Positions 1 through 10,649 of a stretch of 64,000 nt of DNA are shown piece after piece. A model generated the notes under the pieces. It was not told the origin of the DNA and did no database searches. It was given only the letters and a program-made list of their open reading frames with translations. Each line of letters opens with the position of its first letter. Positions within the stretch are counted from its first letter, which is position 1. The stretch spans positions 3,565,590 through 3,629,589 of the forward strand of contig CAUVXB020000002.1 in NCBI GenBank assembly GCA_963555825.3. The letters are read 5' to 3'. The DNA comes from Alphaproteobacteria bacterium. GTDB taxonomy: Bacteria; Pseudomonadota; Alphaproteobacteria; JAAXGF01. Position numbers and translations under genes: made by a program.

Positions 1-2
1 CG

Positions 3-1208
3 AAGGATACGCCGGCGCTTTCCGACAAGCCGTCGATCGCCGTGCTGCCGTTCACCAACATGTCGGGCGACGCCGAGCAGGAATACTTTGCCGATGGCAT
101 CACCGAAGACATCATCACCACGCTGTCGAAATTTCCAGGCCTCGCCGTCATCGCGCGGAACTCGACGTTTGCGTACAAAGGTAAATCCGTCAGCGTGAAG
201 GATGTCGCCGCCGAACTCGGCGTGCAATTCGTGCTCGAAGGCAGTGTCCGGCGCGGCGGCGACAGGATGCGCATCACCGCGCAGTTGATCGATGCCGCCG
301 ACGCCAGCCATCTCTGGGCCGAACGTTACGACCGAAAGGTCGAGGACATTTTCGAGGTGCAGGACGAGATCACCCGCCACATCGTCGTGGCCTTGCAGGC
401 CGAGCTGGTGATGGGCGACTACGCGCAGCTCTGGCAGGGCGGTTCCAAGAACTTCGAAGCGTGGCAGCTCACGGCGCGCGCCATGCACGAATTCCTCAAG
501 TTCACCAAGGAAGGAATGCTCAAGTCTAGGGAGCTGAACGAGAAGGCGCTGGAGTTGGAGCCTGATGACGAAATCATCATGGCGTCGGTGGGTCATTGCA
601 ACGATCAGTTGGCGAGTTCGAATTGGGTGCCGGATCCCGAGGCCGCCTTCGCCAAAGCACAGGAAATGGGCGAACGCATTCTGGCCGCCAACCCGGATAG
701 CGCCCCGGGCCATGTTCTGCTGGCTTCCATTCAACGCTCGCGCCGACAATTCGACGACGCGGTCGTCAACTCGGCTCGCGCATTGGAGCTAGCGCCGAAT
801 GACTCCATCAACCAGGCCTTTTTGGCGGCGACTCTGATTGCCGCCGACCGGCCCGGCGAGGCCGTGGAACACATCGAGTCGGCGATCCGCCTCAACCCCA
901 CCTATCCGAACTGGTTCGGCCACGCCCGCGTGCAGGCCTACCGCATGACCGGGCGGCTCGATCGGGCACTCGAGGCGGCCGTGGAACTGGTGCAACGACA
1001 TCCAGACTATCTGTCTGGTCTGGTCTTGCGGACCGCCGTTTGCGCCGAAAGCGACATGGCCGCGGAGGCCCAACGAGCGGCGCAAGCCGTGCTGGAACGG
1101 AACCCCGAATTCACGATCTCGGACTATTTGTCGCGCGTCCATTACAAGAACCCGTCACGGAACGAAGACCTGGCGGCAGCGCTGCGCAAGGCGGGATTGC
1201 CGGAATGA
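3..1208 (+). CDS. TolB-like/TPR protein, probably the C-terminal part of an adenylate/guanylate cyclase (5' end outside window)
   Basis: Frame open from nt 3 (KDTPALSDKPSIAVLPFTNMSGD..EQEYFADGITEDIIT), followed by TPR-like helices. Same module as the downstream paralog. Confidence 0.85.
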   Translation, partial: KDTPALSDKPSIAVLPFTNMSGDAEQEYFADGITEDIITTLSKFPGLAVIARNSTFAYKGKSVSVKDVAAELGVQFVLEGSVRRGGDRMRITAQLIDAADASHLWAERYDRKVEDIFEVQDEITRHIVVALQAELVMGDYAQLWQGGSKNFEAWQLTARAMHEFLKFTKEGMLKSRELNEKALELEPDDEIIMASVGHCNDQLASSNWVPDPEAAFAKAQEMGERILAANPDSAPGHVLLASIQRSRRQFDDAVVNSARALELAPNDSINQAFLAATLIAADRPGEAVEHIESAIRLNPTYPNWFGHARVQAYRMTGRLDRALEAAVELVQRHPDYLSGLVLRTAVCAESDMAAEAQRAAQAVLERNPEFTISDYLSRVHYKNPSRNEDLAAALRKAGLPE

Positions 1209-2950
1209 GCGTCAATCGCAGGCTCGCCGCGATCTTGTCGGCCGATGTCGTGGGCTATTCGCGGTTGATGGGCACCGACGAGGCGGGCACGCTCGAGCGC
1301 CTCAAGGCGCTGCGCGCCGAGGCCATCGATCCGGTCATCGCGGCGCACGGCGGGCGCATCGTCAAGCTGATGGGCGACGGCACGCTGGTCGAGTTCGCCA
1401 GCGTCGTCGGCGCCGTCGACTGCGCCGTCGAAATTCAGCATGCGGTCGCCGAGGCGAATGGCGCGCTGGCCGAGGACCAGCGCATCGTCTTCCGCATCGG
1501 CGTCAACCTGGGAGACGTCATCATCGACGGCGACGACATCTACGGCGACGGCGTCAACGTCGCCGCGCGGCTGCAGGAGATCGCCGAGCCGGGCGGCGTC
1601 TGCCTCTCGGGCAGTGTCTACGATCAGGTCAAGGGTAAGGTCGAGGCGGCCTTCGAGAACTTGGGCGAGCGCGAGGTCAAGAACATCGCCGAGCCGGTTC
1701 GGGTGTATCGTGTCGTCGCTGCTGGAGACACTGCTGACGCTATGACCCAATCGACTCACAGCCCGCCGCTGCCCGACAGGCCCTCGATCGCCGTGCTGCC
1801 CTTCGTCAACATGTCGGGCGACCCGGAGCAGGAATATTTCTCCGACGGCATCACCGAAGACATCATCACCGAGCTGTCGCGCTTCCACTCGCTGTTCGTC
1901 ATCGCCCGCAACTCGTCGTTCCACTACAAGGGCCAATCACCCAAGATCCAGGACGTCGGCCGCGACCTCGGCGTGCAGTACGTCGTCGAAGGCAGCGTGC
2001 GCAAGGCGGGCAACCGGGTACGCGTCACCGCCCAGCTGGTCGAGACCGCGAACGGCAACCACCTGTGGGCGGAGCGCTATGACCGCGACCTCGAGGACAT
2101 CTTCGCGGTCCAGGATGAGCTGGTGGGCGAGATTGCGGCGGCGGTGCCGGGCCAGCTCGATGCCACGGCGACACAGCGCGCCCGGCGCAAGCCGGTCGAG
2201 AACCTGACCGCCTACGATTACGTGCTGCGTGGTGAATGGCTCATATCTCAGGAATTTGGCAGCCCCGAGATACGTGCGCTGTTCGAAAAGGCGATCGAGA
2301 TCGATCCACTGTGCGCCCGCGCGTACACACGGCTTGCGACGTGGCATGCATACAGCGTCTACGCCCATGGCGCGTCCGCTGACGAAGCCACGCAATTGGC
2401 TCGATCGTTGGCCGAAAAGGCGATGGGAATCGACCCGAACGATCCGGCGGTCCTGGGCGTGGCCGCCGGGGCCTACGTCATGGTGGGAGAGCACGACCTG
2501 GCGCGACGTCACATCGAAAAGGCCATTTCGCTTAATCCCAACGACTATCTCGTCATGCTCATGGCCAGTCTCACCCTGGCCTATCTCGGCGACCATGAGG
2601 ACGCGCTGGATTGGATGCGCCTGGTGTCGCGGCATGATCCCTATGCGGGAGATGCCATGCGGGAGTACTATTTCGACGCCTATTACATGGCACGGCGTTA
2701 CGAAGACGCGATCGGGAGCATAAAGGGGTGGCACGATCCGCCGCCGCACATGCTGGCCGAAATCGCCGCGGCTTATGCGCAGGCCGACCGCATGGACGAC
2801 GCGCGCGCGACGGTGGCGAAATACCGGGAAACGCGGCCCGCGGGAGACAGCGGCGCCGAATTCGTCCACGCCCATGTCCGCATGTGCGCCCGTCAGGAGG
2901 ACGCCGATCACTGGCTCGAGGGCTACCGCAAGGCGGGGCTCGATGTTTGA
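1205..2950 (+). CDS. Class III adenylate/guanylate cyclase with TolB-like and TPR domains
   Basis: ATG at 1205 overlaps the upstream TGA. Motifs RRLAAILSADVVGYSRLM, KLMGDG, FRIGVNLGDV, GDGVNVAARLQ, then PSIAVLPF and TPRs. Confidence 0.92.
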   Translation: MSVNRRLAAILSADVVGYSRLMGTDEAGTLERLKALRAEAIDPVIAAHGGRIVKLMGDGTLVEFASVVGAVDCAVEIQHAVAEANGALAEDQRIVFRIGVNLGDVIIDGDDIYGDGVNVAARLQEIAEPGGVCLSGSVYDQVKGKVEAAFENLGEREVKNIAEPVRVYRVVAAGDTADAMTQSTHSPPLPDRPSIAVLPFVNMSGDPEQEYFSDGITEDIITELSRFHSLFVIARNSSFHYKGQSPKIQDVGRDLGVQYVVEGSVRKAGNRVRVTAQLVETANGNHLWAERYDRDLEDIFAVQDELVGEIAAAVPGQLDATATQRARRKPVENLTAYDYVLRGEWLISQEFGSPEIRALFEKAIEIDPLCARAYTRLATWHAYSVYAHGASADEATQLARSLAEKAMGIDPNDPAVLGVAAGAYVMVGEHDLARRHIEKAISLNPNDYLVMLMASLTLAYLGDHEDALDWMRLVSRHDPYAGDAMREYYFDAYYMARRYEDAIGSIKGWHDPPPHMLAEIAAAYAQADRMDDARATVAKYRETRPAGDSGAEFVHAHVRMCARQEDADHWLEGYRKAGLDV

Positions 2951-3103
2951 GTAGCAATGGCGACACCGCGGATAGACAAATAATTCTAAGGTATGTGCTG
3001 AGCAATCGTCGTTTGTAGGGGCGGCTATAGGGCCCCATATCCTGGGTTACAGAACAACCCCCATGAGCATTGCCATAGCAATTCTCACAAGCCCGAGGAT
3101 GAT

Positions 3104-3994
3104 ATGACGACCACCCACGCCCCCCTGGCCGAGATGGCGCGCACCGCCGCGCCCTTTACCGCCGCCACGACCGATGCCGAGGCCGACTACGTCGAGGCCG
3201 AGTTGACCTACACGGTCAAGACCAGTGAACGTCCGGTTCGCTACAAATATGACGTTGATAATGAGCAACAGACAGAGACCGGCACGTCGGGGACCGAAAC
3301 GGTCCGCGTCCACGACGGCCGCGCGATCGCCCGCGATCTCTCGCTCGACGACCAGGGCTTCGTGCTGACGCGGCACAACAGCGCAGTCGCCGACTTCTAT
3401 GACGACGCCGAGGTGCAGGCCGTCTACTACCCCGAGATCGAGCGCCTGGTGAAAGAGGCGACCGGGGCTTCCAAGGTCGTCATCTTTTACCACACGACGC
3501 GCATCGACGGCGCCACCAACCCGGACGGCGAGATCGCCAAAACCGGCGTCCGTCAGGTGCACAACGACTACACCCGGAAGTCGGGGCCGCAGCGCGTGCG
3601 CGACCTGCTCGAGGCCGACAAGGCCGAGCGGCGGTTGCAGGGCCGCTTCGCCCAGATCAACGTCTGGCGGCCGATCACCGGCCCGGTCGAGCGCACGCCG
3701 CTGGCGCTGATCGACGCCCAGTCGATCGCGGAGGCGGACCTGGTGCCGGTCGACCTGGTCTACGACGACCGCGTCGGCGAGATCTACCACGGCGCCTACA
3801 ACCCCGATCACCGCTGGTACTACTTCCCCGAGATGGCGGCCGACGAGGCGATCCTGATCAAGGGGTACGATTCGGCCGAGGACGGCCGCGCGCGCTTCAC
3901 CCTGCACTCGGCCTTCGACGACCCGACGACGCCGGCCGACGCCGCGCCGCGCGAGAGCATCGAAGTCCGCGTGCTGGCCTTCTTCGAGGAGTAG
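3104..3994 (+). CDS. CmcJ/NvfI-family Fe(II)/2-oxoglutarate oxidoreductase
   Basis: SLDDQGF, VYYPE, VHNDYT (HxD), INVWRPI, WYYFPEM, LHSAF, RESIEVR family motifs. Confidence 0.85.
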   Translation: MTTTHAPLAEMARTAAPFTAATTDAEADYVEAELTYTVKTSERPVRYKYDVDNEQQTETGTSGTETVRVHDGRAIARDLSLDDQGFVLTRHNSAVADFYDDAEVQAVYYPEIERLVKEATGASKVVIFYHTTRIDGATNPDGEIAKTGVRQVHNDYTRKSGPQRVRDLLEADKAERRLQGRFAQINVWRPITGPVERTPLALIDAQSIAEADLVPVDLVYDDRVGEIYHGAYNPDHRWYYFPEMAADEAILIKGYDSAEDGRARFTLHSAFDDPTTPADAAPRESIEVRVLAFFEE

Positions 3995-4239
3995 TTTGTG
4001 TTCCGGTCGTCATTACTGCGTAATGATGACCTGCGCTCAATCGCCGTGCAGGCTCTCGCCGAACGGTCGGCGGCCCGCAGTCGCGGGCTGGAAGAAGTTA
4101 TCGATGGTTGAGGGATTCTGATGCGACGCCCGAGCAATCCTCGTTTGCCGTGGCGCGAGACGTCGCCTATATGGTCTGATGTCTGGTCGAACGCGCCGGG
4201 AATGGCCGCTGCCGTTCCCGGTCGATGGAGGAGCCCGCG

Positions 4240-5079
4240 ATGACCGCCGCCGCCGCCCGCACCGAGACCGGCCATCTTGACGCGCCGGTCGTCTATCTCG
4301 CCGATCTGGACGTCAAGCCGGTCACGCATAACCCACCGCCGGGCAGCGCGCTGCCGTGGCGCGAGGGCAACTACCGGCCGTTCACCGTGGCGATGCATAA
4401 CGGCCGCCGGGTTGCGCGGGATTTGTCGCTCGACCGCGAGGGTTTCGAGCTGGTGCGTCACGAGACCGCGGTCGCCGACTTCTACGACGACGATGAGGTG
4501 CGCGCCGTCTACTATCCCGAGCTCGAGAAACTGCTCAAGCGGGAGACCGGGGCGGCGCGCGTCGTCATCTTCGACCACACGCGGCGCGCCGACGGCGGCG
4601 GCGAGCCGGGCGCCAAGGCCGAGCGCGCGCCGGTTCGCCTGACACATAACGACTACACCGAGAAATCGGGCCCGCGCCAGGTGCGCGATTCGCTGCCGGC
4701 GGATGAGGCCGAAGAGGCGCTCAAGCACCGCTATATCGAAGTCAACGTCTGGCAGCCGATCAGCGGGCCGGTGCTGTCGTCGCCCTTAGGGCTGGTCGAC
4801 GCGTCGTCGATCGCGCCCGGCGACCTGGTGGCCGTCGATTTGGTCTACGAGGACCGCACCGGCGAGATCTACCACGGCCTGCGCAACCCCGATCACCGCT
4901 GGTACTACTTCCCGCGCATGACCGCCGACGAGGCGGTGCTGATTAAATGCTTCGATTCGGCGAGGGACGGCCGCGCGCGGTTCTCGCTGCACACCGGCTT
5001 CGACGACCCGACGACGCCCGACGACGCGCCCGCGCGAGAGAGCATCGAGACCCGTGCGCTGCTGTTCTTCGACGAGTAG
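4240..5079 (+). CDS. CmcJ/NvfI-family Fe(II)/2-oxoglutarate oxidoreductase (tandem paralog)
   Basis: GGAGGAG RBS before ATG 4240. THNDYT, VNVWQPI, WYYFPRM, LHTGF, RESIETR. Confidence 0.85.
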   Translation: MTAAAARTETGHLDAPVVYLADLDVKPVTHNPPPGSALPWREGNYRPFTVAMHNGRRVARDLSLDREGFELVRHETAVADFYDDDEVRAVYYPELEKLLKRETGAARVVIFDHTRRADGGGEPGAKAERAPVRLTHNDYTEKSGPRQVRDSLPADEAEEALKHRYIEVNVWQPISGPVLSSPLGLVDASSIAPGDLVAVDLVYEDRTGEIYHGLRNPDHRWYYFPRMTADEAVLIKCFDSARDGRARFSLHTGFDDPTTPDDAPARESIETRALLFFDE

Positions 5080-5270
5080 AGGTCTGCGTCGGCCTGTTCG
5101 CCGGCGACCTCAGGGCTCGTGGTCCCGCGCGGCCATCGCGGCGCGCAGCTTGGCGACAAGGCGTCGCAATGAGCGGGGCGCCGGCTGCCGTAACGGACCG
5201 CGATGAGCGAAACGCAGCGCCGGCTCCACGCCGGTCGGCGACGTCCTTGAGGGGAGCGCTGCTGGCTGTC

Positions 5271-6125
5271 TTAGTTCCCGAGCGCAAAGTCCCGCAGGGC
5301 GACGATATACGCTTTTTGGGCAGGCCCGAGTTCGGTACGGAGATCTACACTATTGTACTTAAGCAGCGACAACCCTTCGGGATCCTCGACCCAGTTGTTG
5401 GCTATGTATATCGACGGCTGATCGCCAACTTGTTTATACGTGAATGATACCGCCACCGTGAACACGTCCTTGAGATGAAAGTTGGCTTTGTCGAGCTGCC
5501 CGGTAAGCCCGCCAAAATCGAGCATCAGCATGCGCTTGCCGGTGAAGGTATAGCCGATGTCGAGTTTGTCGTTGGCGACGACAATTGCGCTGTACACGGT
5601 CCTTACAAAACTGCTGGGGTCCTCGGTCTGGAAACCCTTGCCAGGCGAAACGCTGTACAGCGGCAGCGATCCCCCCTTTTTGGCGACCGGCTTGTCGCAG
5701 TTCGCCACCGTGCCGTCTTGAATCAGCATGTACCCAACCGCCGCCGTGATCACGCTGATCGCCTTGCCCAGCGCGGCACCCTCCAGCTTTTCCTTGAATT
5801 CAACCGTTATAGATGCATTGGGACTCGATTTGCCTTCGAACCCGCCGAGCCCATAGGTCAGCGTGCCAAATTTGGCTTTATCGTCAAAATTTTTCTCGAG
5901 AAACGCGGCAACGACTATCGCTTGCCGCTGGGTAAATTCACTCCAGCTTGCGAAATTCTTTGTCGCCAGAATGTGGTTCACCCCTCCGCCGATGATCGGG
6001 CCCGCGTCTTTGCTCGGGATCGCTTCGAATATCAGATTGCACACCGCCGCCTGAGCGGTCGAGACGGGGAGCCACAGAAATGCGCATACGAGCGCTGCGC
6101 CGAAATGTCGAGCGAAGTGGGTCAT
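5271..6125 (-). CDS. Hypothetical secreted protein
   Basis: AAGGAAGGA RBS, ATG at 6125, signal peptide ending AQA-A. Protein-like composition but no family recognised. Confidence 0.75.
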   Translation of the reverse strand: MTHFARHFGAALVCAFLWLPVSTAQAAVCNLIFEAIPSKDAGPIIGGGVNHILATKNFASWSEFTQRQAIVVAAFLEKNFDDKAKFGTLTYGLGGFEGKSSPNASITVEFKEKLEGAALGKAISVITAAVGYMLIQDGTVANCDKPVAKKGGSLPLYSVSPGKGFQTEDPSSFVRTVYSAIVVANDKLDIGYTFTGKRMLMLDFGGLTGQLDKANFHLKDVFTVAVSFTYKQVGDQPSIYIANNWVEDPEGLSLLKYNSVDLRTELGPAQKAYIVALRDFALGN

Positions 6126-6305
6126 GGCATGGGTTCCTTCCTTGGTCGGCGACGTCTTCGTGACGGAGCTGTTCTTGCGGAAGCTCTCGCCGCCGATGAA
6201 AACCGGGCCGGTGAATATGCCGGAGGCGTGTTCCCATTGCCGTTGCACCGCTTTGTAGGCCACCGCCGCCGACGCGGCCCCGAACCGCAGCGCCCTGGCT
6301 GGGCG

Positions 6306-6339
6306 CCGCAAGGGGCGCGGAACTGTTCGCCCCTTGCGG
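6306..6339. terminator. 12-bp-stem hairpin downstream of a truncated minus-strand ORF
   Basis: CCGCAAGGGGCG / CGCCCCTTGCGG perfect stem; no clear U tract. Confidence 0.4.
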
Positions 6340-6492
6340 TTCCCCCTAACCCCTAACAAGTGCTGCCGCTTTTGACGATCGCTCGGACGTCCTCGGAGTC
6401 ATCGACCGCGTTGATGGCGGTTTGCATTATGCTTCTCGCGGTGGCGATGTTCGCATGGGCATAGGATCGGACATGGCGCCGGCACGAGGCGT

Positions 6493-6606
6493 TGAGTCGG
6501 ACCCGATTTCCTTGGACACAGAATTGGCTTAATCGAAGTGTCCAAGGAGGACCGGAACATGACCGACAATTTTGAGAACAAAGTTGCTGTTGATGGGCCT
6601 GTGGTA
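6493..6606 (+). mobile_element. Left-end remnant of IS3-family element (same as 48795-48908), cut by IS256
   Basis: TGAGTCGGACCCGATTTCCTTGGACACA...CCTGTGGTA matches the start of the complete copy at 48795. Confidence 0.9.
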
Positions 6607-8056
6607 GGAGATGTCCCGGTCGATGTTGAAAAGTTGAGGTAGGTGTCGCTCTCCTGGAGCCGTTAGGCTCCGGGTGCTGCAAACCCAAGAGGGAGAACGA
6701 CACCATGGGAAAGAATATCCGTAGTTCCAGTAGCCCGAAAGCCCTTGCCACCTCGTTTCCTATGCCGCCGCTGGCAGACGCGATGGACGCAGTCCGTCTC
6801 AGCGTGGATCGGTTCTGTCTCCTGGCCGGGGTCGAGGCCTTGGCCGAGATGATGGAGGAGGACGCCACGACCGTGTGCGGGGCCCGACATCGTCGCCATG
6901 GGAACCGTCGGGGTTATCGCTGGGGCCATACGCAGAGCGAGATCGGCTACCACGGCGGCCGCGTGAAAGTGCAGCGGCCACGGGTTCGCGACCATGCTGG
7001 CAAGGAGGTGGGTTTGGAGAGCTGGCAGGTGCTGCGCGACGGCAACCTGTTGCTCGAGTGGGCGCTCAACCTGATGGTCCTGAACGTGTCGACCCGCAAG
7101 TACCACCGCGCGGTCCGTCTGCCCGAGGGCGACCTGGCGAAAGCGCGTGGCGACGGCACCTCGAAGTCGGCCGTTTCCCGGCGCTTTGTGGCGCTGTCGC
7201 GCAAGAAGATGAAGGCCTGGCTCGCCTCGGACCTCTCGGAGCTCGACCTGCTGGTCATCCAGATCGACGGTCTGCATGTCGGCGACCATGTCTTGGTGGC
7301 GGCGATCGGCGTCGATGGCAACGGCGACAAGCATGTCCTGGCCGTGGTCGAGGGGGCGACGGAGAACACTGTCGTCGTCCAGGCCTTGCTCGACAATCTC
7401 CTCGCCAGGGGGCTCGATCCGACGCTGCCCCGGCTGTTCATCGTCGATGGCGCGAAGGCGCTCAGCAAAGCGATCCGCAACACCTTCGGTGTGGCCGCCG
7501 CCATCCAGCGCTGCCAGGTCCACAAGGGCCGTAACATCATCGAGCGCCTGCCCCTGCATTTGCATGCAAGCGTCAAGAAGGCGCTCCGTCAGGCCTGGGA
7601 CCAGGACGACGCAGACAAGGCCGAACGGCTGCTGCGCAACCTGGCCCGGCGTCTGGAGCATGAGGAACCGGGCGTCTCGGGCAGCATCCTGGAGGGGCTG
7701 GACGAGATCCTCACCGTCATCCGCCTCGGCCTGCCGCACGAACTCCGGCGCTCGCTCGCCTGCACCAACATCGTCGAGAACGCGCTCGGCACGGTGCGCC
7801 AGGTCACCCGCAACGTCAAACGCTGGAGACACGCCGAGATGGCGCTCAGATGGACCGCCGCCGGCCTGCTGGAGGCCCAGAAAACCTTCCGTCGCCTCAA
7901 GGCCTATCGTCAGCTGCCCATCCTCCGAAATGCTCTCCAGGAACACTTGAGAAAGGCTCAGGCCGACAGTGCCATTGAAACCATCATGAAGGCAGCATAG
8001 CATCATCAACCAGCGACGCCTGCCCCACGAATTTCAACAGAGATAGGGACATCGCC
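6607..8056 (+). mobile_element. IS256-family insertion sequence
   Basis: Imperfect IRs GGAGATGTCCCGGTCGATGTTGAAA / TTTCAACAGAGATAGGGACATCGCC; no matching target duplication. Confidence 0.85.
6705..8000 (+). CDS. IS256-family (mutator-type) transposase
   Basis: IQIDG, FIVDGAKAL, QRCQVHK, TNIVEN (DDE plus CxxH). Confidence 0.92.
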   Translation: MGKNIRSSSSPKALATSFPMPPLADAMDAVRLSVDRFCLLAGVEALAEMMEEDATTVCGARHRRHGNRRGYRWGHTQSEIGYHGGRVKVQRPRVRDHAGKEVGLESWQVLRDGNLLLEWALNLMVLNVSTRKYHRAVRLPEGDLAKARGDGTSKSAVSRRFVALSRKKMKAWLASDLSELDLLVIQIDGLHVGDHVLVAAIGVDGNGDKHVLAVVEGATENTVVVQALLDNLLARGLDPTLPRLFIVDGAKALSKAIRNTFGVAAAIQRCQVHKGRNIIERLPLHLHASVKKALRQAWDQDDADKAERLLRNLARRLEHEEPGVSGSILEGLDEILTVIRLGLPHELRRSLACTNIVENALGTVRQVTRNVKRWRHAEMALRWTAAGLLEAQKTFRRLKAYRQLPILRNALQEHLRKAQADSAIETIMKAA

Positions 8057-8165
8057 CGATTTGGGAGTGAATCCGGTTAACTTGACAAATCCCTTCAACC
8101 TGCAGGAACCCATCATCTTCGTAGCGCCGCTTTTGATCTTCGGTGAGAAGCATTGTCTTGATCTC

Positions 8166-9449
8166 TCAATGCCCGTAAATCGGGAAAGCTTGGCTCAGCA
8201 CGTTGATACGTGCCAGTGCATTGGTTTCCACAGTGTCGTTGCCAGCAGGAGAAGCTCGCAGGCCTTCCAGGACGTCGATGATGGTCTCGCCGATGAGCGT
8301 GAATTCCTGCGTTCCGAAGCCCCGGGTGGTCCCCGCCGACACACCAAGGCGCAAGCCCGAGGTCACAGCCGGCGGCTTCGGATCGAACGGAATGGCATTC
8401 TTGTTGGCGGTCAGGCCGGCGCGTTCGAGGCTCTCGCTGGCGACATCACCGGTCAGTTCGAGCGGCCGTAGATCGACGAGCATGAGCGGTGTGTCTGTGC
8501 CGCCAGTTACGACCGTAAGCCCGCCTGCCACGAGGGTCTCGGCCAAAGCGCGGGCATTCTCCAGCACCCGCCTCGCATACATCTTAAATTCGGGCCTCAG
8601 CGCTTCGCCGAGGCACACGGCTTTCGCCGCGACGGCGTGGAGCAGAGGGCTCCCCTGCAGCCCCGGGAACATAGCCGAATCGAGTTTCAGGGCCAATGCT
8701 TCGTCATTGGTCAGGATCAGTCCGCCGCGTGCACCGCGAAGGCTCTTGTACGTCGTGGTCGTAACCACATCGGCATGTGGGATTGGACTTGCGTGAACCC
8801 CTCCGGCAACAAGTCCTGCGAAGTGCGCCATATCGACGAGGAGGGCGCCGCCGCAGTCGTCCGCGATCGCGCGGAACCGTTCGAAATCGATCGTGCGCGG
8901 ATAAGCCGACCCACCGGCGATGATCAACTTCGGAGCGTGCGCCGCCGCCAGGCGTTCGACCTCGTCGTAGTCGATCAGGCCGTCCTGGCGTCGAACACCG
9001 TAATGCTGCACGTCGAACCATTTGCCCGAAAGGTTGGGGGCGGCCCCGTGACTGAGATGTCCGCCCGAGGCCAGATCCATGCTGAGCAGTGTCTCCCCCG
9101 GTCGAATAAGCGCCAGCAAGACGGCGTGGTTGGCCTGACTTCCCGAATGCGGTTGCACGTTTGCGAAGGTGCAACCAAATAACCGGCAGGCGCGATCCAC
9201 GGCCAATCTCTCGATGGCATCGACGTTCGTTGCGCCACCGTGATAGCGCCGACCCGGATAGCCCTCGATGGTCTTGTTGGTGAGGATCGATCCCTGGGCC
9301 TCGAGCACCGCTTGGCTGACTATGTTCTCGGAGGCGATCAGCTCGATCTGGTCGTTTTGGCGCGCCGCCTCGTCGGCGATCGCCGTTGCTACGTCCGGGT
9401 CCGTGTCGGCCAGTGACGCCGTGAAGTAACCGGCGTGAGGTTCACTCAC
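8166..9449 (-). CDS. glyA: Serine hydroxymethyltransferase-family enzyme (divergent, methylserine-HMT-like)
   Basis: [38 protein letters not shown] (PLP Lys). GTG start at 9449 overlaps the upstream TGA. Confidence 0.92.
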   Translation of the reverse strand: MSEPHAGYFTASLADTDPDVATAIADEAARQNDQIELIASENIVSQAVLEAQGSILTNKTIEGYPGRRYHGGATNVDAIERLAVDRACRLFGCTFANVQPHSGSQANHAVLLALIRPGETLLSMDLASGGHLSHGAAPNLSGKWFDVQHYGVRRQDGLIDYDEVERLAAAHAPKLIIAGGSAYPRTIDFERFRAIADDCGGALLVDMAHFAGLVAGGVHASPIPHADVVTTTTYKSLRGARGGLILTNDEALALKLDSAMFPGLQGSPLLHAVAAKAVCLGEALRPEFKMYARRVLENARALAETLVAGGLTVVTGGTDTPLMLVDLRPLELTGDVASESLERAGLTANKNAIPFDPKPPAVTSGLRLGVSAGTTRGFGTQEFTLIGETIIDVLEGLRASPAGNDTVETNALARINVLSQAFPIYGH

Positions 9450-10231
9450 GCCGCGGCCCCCGCAAGCAGACAGTTGTCGGTCAGCGGTACGACCGGGCTC
9501 AGGTCCCGATGATGCTGATAGTCGGGCCGCTGATGACGTGTCAGCGCGTTGGAGACCGGATTGAGGATCAACGAAAAGATCATCCGGGGCCACGGCGACA
9601 TGTTGATCGACGAACTGTGCACCAGCGTGTCCCCGAAGATAAGCGCCGTGCCGGGTGGCCCCTTGGCGGAGACCAGTCCGCCTTCGGCCACCAGGCCAGC
9701 GACGGTATCGTTGTCGATCACCCAGAGCGGATAGCTGGTGGTATCGGTGTCGAGCGTCGCGGGCACGGGGCCACGCTTGTGCGAACCCCGGATGAAGACC
9801 AGCGGGCCGTTGAACTCCGTCACCTCGTCGAGAAGGATATGGAGGTTCAGCGCCAGCGGTTCCGGCACACCGTCCTCCCCGCGATGGGTTGCGAAATCGT
9901 AGTGCCATTGCCAGACATCGCCGGAGAACGCCTCCTTGGCGTTCACCTTGACCTGTTGGATATAGAGATCCTCGCCCAGGAGCTGTGTCGCCGGCACCAC
10001 GAGGCGGGGGTGGCGCACCAGGTTGGCGTAAATGTCGCTGCGTTGATGCAGGGCCATCGCCGTGCGCACGGCGTCGCTCTCCTTCTCCCTGAAGTTTTCC
10101 GGCCGACGATCCGCAAACAACCGTGGCAGCTCCGCCTTCAGGATCTCGACTTCCGACTGCGAAAATAACGACGGCAGGATGAGGAACCCATCGTCTCGGA
10201 ATTGCTCCAGGTGTGCGTCCGTTAGCATCAT
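9446..10231 (-). CDS. PhyH/EctD-like Fe(II)/2OG dioxygenase
   Basis: [25 protein letters not shown] (HxD), FNGPL, LVHSS..N.SPWPR. Confidence 0.88.
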   Translation of the reverse strand: MMLTDAHLEQFRDDGFLILPSLFSQSEVEILKAELPRLFADRRPENFREKESDAVRTAMALHQRSDIYANLVRHPRLVVPATQLLGEDLYIQQVKVNAKEAFSGDVWQWHYDFATHRGEDGVPEPLALNLHILLDEVTEFNGPLVFIRGSHKRGPVPATLDTDTTSYPLWVIDNDTVAGLVAEGGLVSAKGPPGTALIFGDTLVHSSSINMSPWPRMIFSLILNPVSNALTRHQRPDYQHHRDLSPVVPLTDNCLLAGAAA

Positions 10232-10649
10232 GAGTTCTTGCGCATTCCGACGAAAGCGGCCACTGATTCCGATCCAAAACGGCCACTTTGGCCGGAGGTC
10301 GAATTTGGCGTCGTGGTGGTCGCCGTTGGGTGCTCCCTTGATGTCATTTTCGTTCTGTGTGGTCAACGTCGTTGGCGTCGCCCCTTCGCGAGCTGCTGGA
10401 CATTTTACCGATAACAAGGCCATTGCACACGGGCCTGCCCGTGGCGGCAACTATCATTTGTTATTCGGGGCGCATGTTTGACGCTGATCGGCGCGCTTAT
10501 CCTTTGAGATACCCTGATTCTAGGGGTCAATTTTCCGCGCCGAATAACAATGATAGGTTCGCGGGTTGCGAGCGCGGGCCATCCCACAAGCGTCTGCAAC
10601 GTCCCGTCCGTTCTCAAACAATGTGTGGGAATAAATAGGGGGTTGTTCC

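Noticed and set aside
8166-10286. 706-aa ORF as a GlyA fusion protein
   Set aside because: The first ~280 codons are an alternative frame over the dioxygenase gene; SHMT homology starts at the coupled GTG 9449.
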